DNA from: a bacterium
Lineage (GTDB): Bacteria > UBA8248
NCBI GenBank assembly: GCA_965202625.1
Contig: CBDBBI010000010.1
Span: 1,792,001 to 1,856,000, forward strand
DNA: 64,000 nt
Reading direction: 5' to 3'
Positions 57,576 to 64,000 of this stretch are shown one piece after another. The position numbers and the translations under genes were made by a program. The number at the start of each line of letters is the position of its first letter. Positions within the stretch are counted from its first letter, which is position 1. The notes under the pieces are model-generated. The model saw only the letters and a list, made by a program, of their open reading frames with translations, had not been told where the DNA came from and did not search any database.

Positions 57576-58787
57576 CTATTCTCCCCTGGCAAACTTCTCA
57601 TCCTCCGGCGGATAGGTGAACAAATTGCTTCTGTGTCCTTCCCATCCAGGCGTCTCCCAGGAGGGCGCGCCCCCTAGAAGGGGCATTTCCCCTTGCGCAA
57701 TGTTCCCTTGCGTTCTGCTCCATTCCGCCTTGAGATCCTGGGTGTGCCCTCTGAAGTGCGGCATCACGTATCGCGCGAACAACTCGAGAGACGCCCTGAT
57801 TTTATGATTTTCTCCCCATTCGTGCGTCGTGAACATGAGGCCGCCGAATCCTCCTGTCTCCTCTTGTATTTTCTCGATTGCCTCAATCGCGTCATCCGGA
57901 GTGCCCACTATCCAATATCTTTGCTCGGCGGCCATCTTCGGCGTGATCTCCGATCGCGGCTGGTCGGGATACGCTTCGTAGGCGGGCTTCAGGCCGATGT
58001 CCATAAAGTAGTTCATGTCGCGGAGGGCGTATTCCTCCACGTCGGCCCAAGCCTTCTCACGGCTTTCAGCAAGATACAGATAGGTGGTGATTCGCCAGTT
58101 CTCACGCGAGACCCGCGTCCCGTGCTTTTGCGCGCACTCCTCCATGTAAGGCCACTGCTCGGAAAGAGAGAGATTGTCCAGAATACGTTTGCCTCCGGAG
58201 GAAAGCAGAATCATCTCGTATCGGGCGGCTAGGTCAATCGCGCCGCGGCTTCCAGCCGACGCGACGGCGAGCGGCATTCTGGGGCTTTGATAGGACCGTA
58301 CCTGAAGATGCACGTTTCTCAACTTCCAAAACCGACCCTCATAATCAAAAGGCTCGGGCGACTCCAGAAGTTTGACGATGACGTCCACCGACTCGTTCAT
58401 CATCGGACGCAGATCGGCCGGAGGGATGTCGAACAGCTTGATGTCGCTCACCAGATTGCTCGGACCCACCCCCAGAATGGCGCGCCCTCTGGTGAGTTGA
58501 TCCAAAAACGCCATCCGCTCCGCCACATGAAATGGATGATGATAAGGGAGGCTGAGCACCGAAGTCCCCAAACGTATACGCTTCGCCCTGGCCGAGGCCA
58601 TCGCAAGGGCCATCTCTGGTGCCGGAATCGTCTCCCAACCTCCAGAGTGATGCTCTCCGATGTAGAACTCATCAAAATCCAGGCAATCGGCGTATTCGAT
58701 GAGCGAGACGTCGCGCTCATAGGCAAGCGATGGATTCTCGGAAGGATGGTGAAGCGGCATCATGAAAAAAGAAAATTTCAAGCTCAA
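57576..58787 (-). CDS. LLM-class flavin-dependent oxidoreductase (limonene monooxygenase-like)
   Basis: FMMPLH, IGEHHSGGWE, SLPYHHP, LDQLTRGR and SLELFARYVMP. Confidence 0.9.
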   Translation of the reverse strand: MSLKFSFFMMPLHHPSENPSLAYERDVSLIEYADCLDFDEFYIGEHHSGGWETIPAPEMALAMASARAKRIRLGTSVLSLPYHHPFHVAERMAFLDQLTRGRAILGVGPSNLVSDIKLFDIPPADLRPMMNESVDVIVKLLESPEPFDYEGRFWKLRNVHLQVRSYQSPRMPLAVASAGSRGAIDLAARYEMILLSSGGKRILDNLSLSEQWPYMEECAQKHGTRVSRENWRITTYLYLAESREKAWADVEEYALRDMNYFMDIGLKPAYEAYPDQPRSEITPKMAAEQRYWIVGTPDDAIEAIEKIQEETGGFGGLMFTTHEWGENHKIRASLELFARYVMPHFRGHTQDLKAEWSRTQGNIAQGEMPLLGGAPSWETPGWEGHRSNLFTYPPEDEKFARGE

Positions 58788-59171
58788 TCCTACCTAGGCA
58801 CCTAGTCGAGTCATAAACGAGAACATAAAATATCTATTTTTCCATGCTATACTATTTCTGAACTTTCAACATCCCGGAATGAAAAACCGAGGCATCCTTC
58901 CTCGTCGCATGCACCAAGGAGGCATCCTATGGGATGATCTTCAGCGAGAACAGTCGGGAGCAAGGCAAATTCGTGAACATTTCAAAAGCAGAAAGAGCGC
59001 ATTCACATACGCGCCGCCCCAATCGACATCTCCACCCGGTTCATACCACCCAGGCGACTTAGTCGCGAGCAGACACTCGAATTTTGCGGGAGGGCGAGCA
59101 CCCGGAGATGCCTCTCAAGGCCTTCCCGCTGCGCAAAACGAACCTAAAAACCAGAAAACGCGCTTGAACGT

Positions 59172-59669
59172 CTAGCCATCCAGCGCCTTGTTCCAGGCAT
59201 GAATTCTGTCTTTTTGCGCTTCGAACAATTCGGACGCGTCGCCTTCGATCTGCACTTTCTCGATCCCGTCTCCCTGCTCAATCGCATCCACCACGTCCTG
59301 TCCGGATGTAACACGCCCAAAGACGGTATGCTTGCCGTCAAGCCAGGCGGTGGGCACATGTGTGATGAAAAACTGGGAACCGTTCGTCCTTGGCCCTGCG
59401 TTCGCCATTGAGAGAACTCCCGGGCCGTCATGGAGAAGATCGGGAGAGCATTCATCCTCGAACTGATAGCCGGGCCCGCCCGTCCCGGCACCCAGAGGGC
59501 AGCCGCCCTGAATCATAAAATCCGAAATCACGCGGTGAAAAACAAGGCCATCGTAGTAGCCCCGCCGGGCGAGGTTCACAAAGCTCGCCACCGTCACCGG
59601 CGCCTTGTCCTCACGCAAATCGATCTGTATCTCCCCCCGTCTCGTCCTCATCACAACAGAAAGCACCAT
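59172..59669 (-). CDS. Cyclophilin-type peptidyl-prolyl cis-trans isomerase
   Basis: [28 protein letters not shown] and [10 protein letters not shown]. Confidence 0.95.
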   Translation of the reverse strand: MVLSVVMRTRRGEIQIDLREDKAPVTVASFVNLARRGYYDGLVFHRVISDFMIQGGCPLGAGTGGPGYQFEDECSPDLLHDGPGVLSMANAGPRTNGSQFFITHVPTAWLDGKHTVFGRVTSGQDVVDAIEQGDGIEKVQIEGDASELFEAQKDRIHAWNKALDG

Positions 59670-59693
59670 GAATTGCTCCTTTGTCGTTTGTCG

Positions 59694-61034
59694 CTAGAAT
59701 TGCATCCCTATTTCTTTCCCTACTTTGATCGCTTTATCACGGTCGTCGTCATTCTTGAAATAAAAGCGGATATCGGAAATTTCCTTTACGCTTTTTACGA
59801 TGTCGCTTTCCGTATGGAGTGTGACGGGTGTTCCCGCTTTCATTATCCACAAATTCTTCAAATACCCTCCTTGAGGAAAGAGATATTCCTTGAAACCTTT
59901 CGGCTTGGGCACCTTCCGTCTATACCATATCGACTTATCTTCAAGTCTTTTTTGAAAATCAGAAATTCTCGTAGTGTCATCTTGACGTATGACCAATGAT
60001 TTCAGGATATATCTACGAAGAAACCTTTCAGAAAATTCATGGGCTTCACCAAGTTTAGGCGTGTCGGAAGCCCACTTTATCGCTTCGATCACGGAGCTGT
60101 CGTCCAGGTTTTTATACAACCTTAATCTATCTTCTTCAGACTCCGAAGAAAAATATGCGCCCAGAGGATCGTCTTGTCTCCAAGTTTTTTTGTTCTCTGT
60201 CTTGTATGTTTCTTTCAATATTTCAATGACCATCATTTCCACAGCGTCCACGGCTTTGTGATAGTAGACATTCTGGTACATGTTCACATACGCCATCACG
60301 AAATCCTCTGCGACGGTTTTCCCTTTTTCACTAAAACAAAATGTATAGGGGTTTACCTCACGATCTTCAGGATGGGGAATTTTCTCTATCACTATGCTGT
60401 CAAGAAGCCACTCCAAATCTATGGCGCCGAATTGTGCTCCGCAAAAATATCTGTCCCGAATCAAAAAATCCAAACGATCCGCGTCCAGTTGACTCGACAC
60501 GATTCTCGAGTATTGGTCGTTCCCTGACTCCTGGCGGAAAAAATTGCTCACTTTCTCAAAAAATTCGCTGGACTCCGATTCCGCCGTCAAAATTTCCTTA
60601 ATCTCTTCGTCACCAGAAACGATCTCTTTTGTGTAATCTTCGTGGGTTTGTTTGTGTTTGACTCCCGGGCTTTGCAATACATTTTCGAACACATGCGAGT
60701 AAGGCCCATGCCCGACATCGTGCAAAAGAACGGCACAGAGCGTAGCCCTTTTCATTAACGGATGCGTTTCCCCACCACTTTCTTCGCCTAGCAACCCTTT
60801 TCTTTCAAAAACGTCCAGCATCCTTCTGGCTATCTGCAATGCCCCCAAAGAGTGTGAAAATCTCGTGTGGCTGTTGCCGGGGTAAACAAAATCAGAAAAA
60901 CCGAGTTGTTTGATTCTACGAAGTCGCTGCATCCAGGAAGTTTGGAGTAAAGCCCACAGAATTTTATCGTCTTCGTTGGATGGGGAGAATTTAATCAGAT
61001 TATGGATGGGGTCCCGAATCCTTTGTTCTTTCAA
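59694..61034 (-). CDS. HD-domain phosphohydrolase, SAMHD1/YwfO-like dNTP triphosphohydrolase
   Basis: RDPIH, QRLRRIKQLG, HTRFSHSLG, LLHDVGHGPYSH, HE, DADRLDFLIRD and VYYHK; AT-rich. Confidence 0.88.
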   Translation of the reverse strand: MKEQRIRDPIHNLIKFSPSNEDDKILWALLQTSWMQRLRRIKQLGFSDFVYPGNSHTRFSHSLGALQIARRMLDVFERKGLLGEESGGETHPLMKRATLCAVLLHDVGHGPYSHVFENVLQSPGVKHKQTHEDYTKEIVSGDEEIKEILTAESESSEFFEKVSNFFRQESGNDQYSRIVSSQLDADRLDFLIRDRYFCGAQFGAIDLEWLLDSIVIEKIPHPEDREVNPYTFCFSEKGKTVAEDFVMAYVNMYQNVYYHKAVDAVEMMVIEILKETYKTENKKTWRQDDPLGAYFSSESEEDRLRLYKNLDDSSVIEAIKWASDTPKLGEAHEFSERFLRRYILKSLVIRQDDTTRISDFQKRLEDKSIWYRRKVPKPKGFKEYLFPQGGYLKNLWIMKAGTPVTLHTESDIVKSVKEISDIRFYFKNDDDRDKAIKVGKEIGMQF

Positions 61035-61050
61035 CAGATTTACTCAAATT

Positions 61051-61545
61051 TCAAATGTTTTGAAGTTCTTTAAGAAGCTCTTCCGCCTTCTGCAGAACAT
61101 AAGAAGTCGCCTTGGCAGGCTTTAAGTTTTTAGTCTCTTGCACCGCTTCCTTTCTACTTCCTCGCTCATTTTTATAAAACGCGAGGGTGGACGCTATTTC
61201 AAGAATGAGTGTGGAACGTGCATCTATGGCATCGAAAAGTTTTTGTTCTCTTTCATCCAAATCAACAACACTAGATGATTGATCCCTGAGAGTAAAAGTG
61301 GACTGGAAGAAACGGTGAACAAGTTCTTCTTTTTCTATCACTTGCCCAGACACGAGCAATTCATCTATCGCATCCGCCACTTCATAACTATATGGCCCAT
61401 AATGGAGAATACGAAAATTCGCTTCGATATCTATGCCTGCATAACGCATCAATTGAATGGTCTTATGGATTCTTTTCCTGCCGACGAGCTTTTGACCTTC
61501 TTTATGTTTCAGCAGAGAAAGCAGAAATTCTTGTATTTGAGGCAT
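61051..61545 (-). CDS. YwgA-like (DUF4065/Panacea-related) small protein
   Basis: GRKRIHKTIQL, F..LHYGPYSYEV and LEIASTL; AAGGAG RBS before ATG 61545; AT-rich. Confidence 0.7.
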   Translation of the reverse strand: MPQIQEFLLSLLKHKEGQKLVGRKRIHKTIQLMRYAGIDIEANFRILHYGPYSYEVADAIDELLVSGQVIEKEELVHRFFQSTFTLRDQSSSVVDLDEREQKLFDAIDARSTLILEIASTLAFYKNERGSRKEAVQETKNLKPAKATSYVLQKAEELLKELQNI

Positions 61546-61633
61546 GAATGCTCCTTTAATCGAGAATACTGTCAATTGATTAACGATTGACGAGCGAACA
61601 ACAACATATGCCTCAACTCACTACAATAACGAA

Positions 61634-61682
61634 AAAGTATTTTATTTCTAGCCGTAAATAGCCGTAAATCTCAAAGTATTTT
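61634..61682. repeat. Nested direct repeats upstream of the YwgA-HD cassette
   Basis: AAAGTATTTT (61634-61643 and 61673-61682) flanking tandem TAGCCGTAAA x2 (61649-61668). Confidence 0.7.
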
Positions 61683-61702
61683 CGCATAATATTCGCTTGA
61701 CA

Positions 61703-62716
61703 TTAAACCCTTCCTTCCAGCCGGAAAGCCTCGGCAAGAAGTTCATAGGATTTCACCCTGGCATCGAAGCTGTGCATCACGTTCACGACGATGAGCTCTT
61801 CGACACGATGCTCCGCGGCCAAAGACGTGAGCGTTCCTTCGACCTGCTCAGGATCCCCTGCGATGGTTCTGCTCTCGATCTCCCGGGCGAACGCGCGCTC
61901 CACATCTGTCCATGGATAGGCGAGCGCCTCATCGGGCGTGGGTACGCCACCCCCCTCGCCACGGCGGCTTCTGAGCATCAGAAGAGGTCTGCTGGCCGCA
62001 TGGTAGAGCGCCTCCTCTTCAGTTCGCGCGCAAATCACGAAAACGCCGAGGCTTCCCACAGGTTTCTTCCACCTGGGGGATGGACGAAAATCCCTGCGAT
62101 ACATGTCCATCACCTGGACGCTTCCATAGGCGTTGATGAAATGCGCGAAAGAGAACGCGCAGCCGAAATGCGCGGCGAGAGTCGCGCTTTGATCCGAGGT
62201 TCCCAAAAGCCACATTTCAGGCACCGTCTCTCCAGCGGGCATGGCGCGTATCCGGGCGAAAGGATGCTCCTTGGAAAACGATCCCTCAAGCCAGCCGCGA
62301 AGGTCAGAAACTTTTTGCGAGAAATCATCGTAGCGAAAACCACTTCGCCCAGGCGCCAAAGCGACGGACGTAAGCCTATCGGCCCCGGGCGCGCGGCCCA
62401 AACCCAGATCAATGCGCCCTGGGTGAAGAGTCTCCAGCATCCTGAACGACTCGGCCACCTTGAGTGGGCTGTAGTGGCTGAGCATCACCCCGCCCGAGCC
62501 TACGCGAATCGTTTTGGTCTTCACGGCGATCTGGCCGATCAGAACCTCGGGCGAGGCGCCCGCGAAAGCCCTGTGGCTGTGATGCTCCGCCAGCCAGTAA
62601 CGGTGATAACCCAGGCGCTCGGCGGCTTGGGCCAATCGCACAGTCTCGCTGATGGCGTCCGCCGCCGTTCCCCCCGCACGGACGGGAGACTGATCCAAAA
62701 CGCTCAGAAGCATCAT
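61703..62716 (-). CDS. LLM-class flavin-dependent oxidoreductase (YhbW-like)
   Basis: LSVLDQSP, RYWLAEHH, GSGGVML.HYSP and GRIDLGLGRAPG. Confidence 0.92.
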   Translation of the reverse strand: MMLLSVLDQSPVRAGGTAADAISETVRLAQAAERLGYHRYWLAEHHSHRAFAGASPEVLIGQIAVKTKTIRVGSGGVMLSHYSPLKVAESFRMLETLHPGRIDLGLGRAPGADRLTSVALAPGRSGFRYDDFSQKVSDLRGWLEGSFSKEHPFARIRAMPAGETVPEMWLLGTSDQSATLAAHFGCAFSFAHFINAYGSVQVMDMYRRDFRPSPRWKKPVGSLGVFVICARTEEEALYHAASRPLLMLRSRRGEGGGVPTPDEALAYPWTDVERAFAREIESRTIAGDPEQVEGTLTSLAAEHRVEELIVVNVMHSFDARVKSYELLAEAFRLEGRV

Positions 62717-62763
62717 CTACTCGAGAATTAGGCGATGGGAGAAATTTTCGTGGAAACTTATTC

Positions 62764-63408
62764 TCATTTTTGAGGCGGTTTCGTCTGGATGTACTCCTCG
62801 ACGCGAAGAACACCCTTCGTTACGCGAATGAGATGTATGACCAGTTCTTTCTCGGACTCCGTTCTCGCGCGGCCTATGATATAGACCTTATTTCGCATGG
62901 CCTGCCAGCGATAATTCACGGACTTCACTCCCTCCGCCGCCAGAAGCTGCGCTTTGATTTTCGCCTCTATCCATGCGTTGCTGGCAATTCGGCTGATTTT
63001 GACGATGTCACGCTCATCAGCCGGCCCTTGCTTCGCCGCCGCGCGGCGACGCTCCACCTCGGAGGGGAAACCTAGGATGACGTGATTATAAATAGCCTTG
63101 ATTCTGGGGTCGCGCTGCGCAATGCGCAAAACGGCCTCTCGCTTCCACTTCGCGTCCACCACGCCGGTGAGCAACACCCTTCCCTCCCAAACAGTCGTAT
63201 CTACGTCCACCGGCAAGCCGCTATCGACGCGTAAATACTCTTTGAGCAAACTCGCATGTATTTTCGCATCCTCAAGCTGCCGACTTAAGGGACGGGCCTC
63301 CAAGGCGCTGCGCAAGGTCTCCTGGGCGACCACGAACGCCCCGGGAATGCATCCGCTCACCCATAAAGGCAAAAACGCGAGGAGGACAATCTTGGTCAAT
63401 GTGCCCAC
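62764..63408 (-). CDS. Dual BON-domain lipoprotein (DolP/YraP-like)
   Basis: Lipobox VSGC after GTG 63408; DAKI...GRVLLTG and AWIEAKIKAQLL...VYIIG BON repeats. Confidence 0.85.
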   Translation of the reverse strand: MGTLTKIVLLAFLPLWVSGCIPGAFVVAQETLRSALEARPLSRQLEDAKIHASLLKEYLRVDSGLPVDVDTTVWEGRVLLTGVVDAKWKREAVLRIAQRDPRIKAIYNHVILGFPSEVERRRAAAKQGPADERDIVKISRIASNAWIEAKIKAQLLAAEGVKSVNYRWQAMRNKVYIIGRARTESEKELVIHLIRVTKGVLRVEEYIQTKPPQK

Positions 63409-63650
63409 AAATTCCCCCGTGGACGGAGTAGAATAAAAATGCGCCTTTATTTTGCTTCCAGTCTCGCACGGAGGCAAGGCCAAGAAACGAAACGAGAAAC
63501 CTCCCCAACTGTTCGCGTCATCCCCCGGGGGCGCGGCCGCTTTTCCAATTGCAATACGCTTAAGGAAAAAGCATCATGCGTGTCTTGGTGAGCGAACGTC
63601 TGCGCTCTGCCAGCCGCGCGCGCGATCCTTCGTAGTTTTCGGGAGAGAAA

Positions 63651-63851
63651 ATGCCGATTTCAGACAACGCCTTCAAAACCCAGTGTGCCGCCTTCTTTGG
63701 AGATACACTCGACCTTGAGAGACGCGCCTTCATCCTCGTCGCCTTGAAAGGTCTTGAGAGGGGGCATGCATCGTTGCTGGAGCGCCTCTCGCCAGAGGCA
63801 ACGCCTGAGGGACACGCTAGCTTCCTGCGCTCCTTGGCGAGGGAGAAATAA
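63651..63851 (+). CDS. Small hypothetical protein preceding an amidase
   Basis: 66 aa with a GGAG RBS; its stop is 1 nt before the amidase start. Confidence 0.55.
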   Translation: MPISDNAFKTQCAAFFGDTLDLERRAFILVALKGLERGHASLLERLSPEATPEGHASFLRSLAREK

Positions 63852-63852
63852 A

Positions 63853-64000
63853 TTGACCGACGACCCCACGAACCTCACCGCCGCGCAAATCGTCGATTGC
63901 GTCAAGGGAAAAAGAATGCGCGCCGTTCAGGTTGCCGAGGCGCATCTCAAGCGCGCGGAAAAAATCGGCGCCGTCCTGAACTCCTGGATCACGCTTGACC
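63853..64000 (+). CDS. Amidase-signature family protein, 5' part (runs off the window end)
   Basis: Manual translation from TTG 63853: TDDPTNLTAAQIVDCVKGKRMRAVQVAEAHLKRAEKIGAVLNSWITLD, typical of GatA/amidase N-termini. Confidence 0.75.
   Translation, partial: MTDDPTNLTAAQIVDCVKGKRMRAVQVAEAHLKRAEKIGAVLNSWITLD

Noticed and set aside
61634-61682. CRISPR or iteron array
   Set aside because: Only two copies of 10-bp units, with no spacers and no cas or rep gene

Overview
GC-rich bacterial chromosomal window with dense housekeeping and catabolic gene content. It contains no rRNA, tRNA, CRISPR array or intact transposase that I could recognise. Recognisable blocks are: rluB/pgsA-like/AI-2E; pduO, a tartrate-type dehydrogenase and a 3-oxoacid CoA-transferase pair; bioF; a futalosine (menaquinone) cluster mqnE-mqnA...mqnC-deaminase interrupted by three other genes; thrB/pncA; lexA-dinB and uvrA; a PAC2/Mo-hydroxylase/nucleotidyltransferase/ggt operon; two luciferase-like monooxygenases; and a cyclophilin. 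At least nine genes are decayed by frameshifts or deletions (FIST, crcB, SDR, ferredoxin-adenylate cyclase, MmgE/PrpD, type III RM mod and res, two enoyl-CoA hydratases), which suggests ongoing genome erosion. Highlights missed or obscured by the ORF track are: (1) a 90-aa AhpD/CMD-like CxxU selenoprotein with a clear SECIS hairpin (15401-15673), followed closely by a membrane methyltransferase; (2) an AT-rich two-gene cassette encoding a YwgA/Panacea-like protein plus a SAMHD1-like HD dNTP triphosphohydrolase (59694-61545), a candidate defence or toxin-antitoxin module; (3) an in-frame MqnA-amidase fusion that retains an internal RBS; (4) a multi-stem structured intergenic element (5113-5261); and (5) a cryptic two-repeat Cys-containing secreted-protein gene broken by one TAG (16623-16937). 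All calls come from reading the sequence and recognising motifs; no database searches were run.
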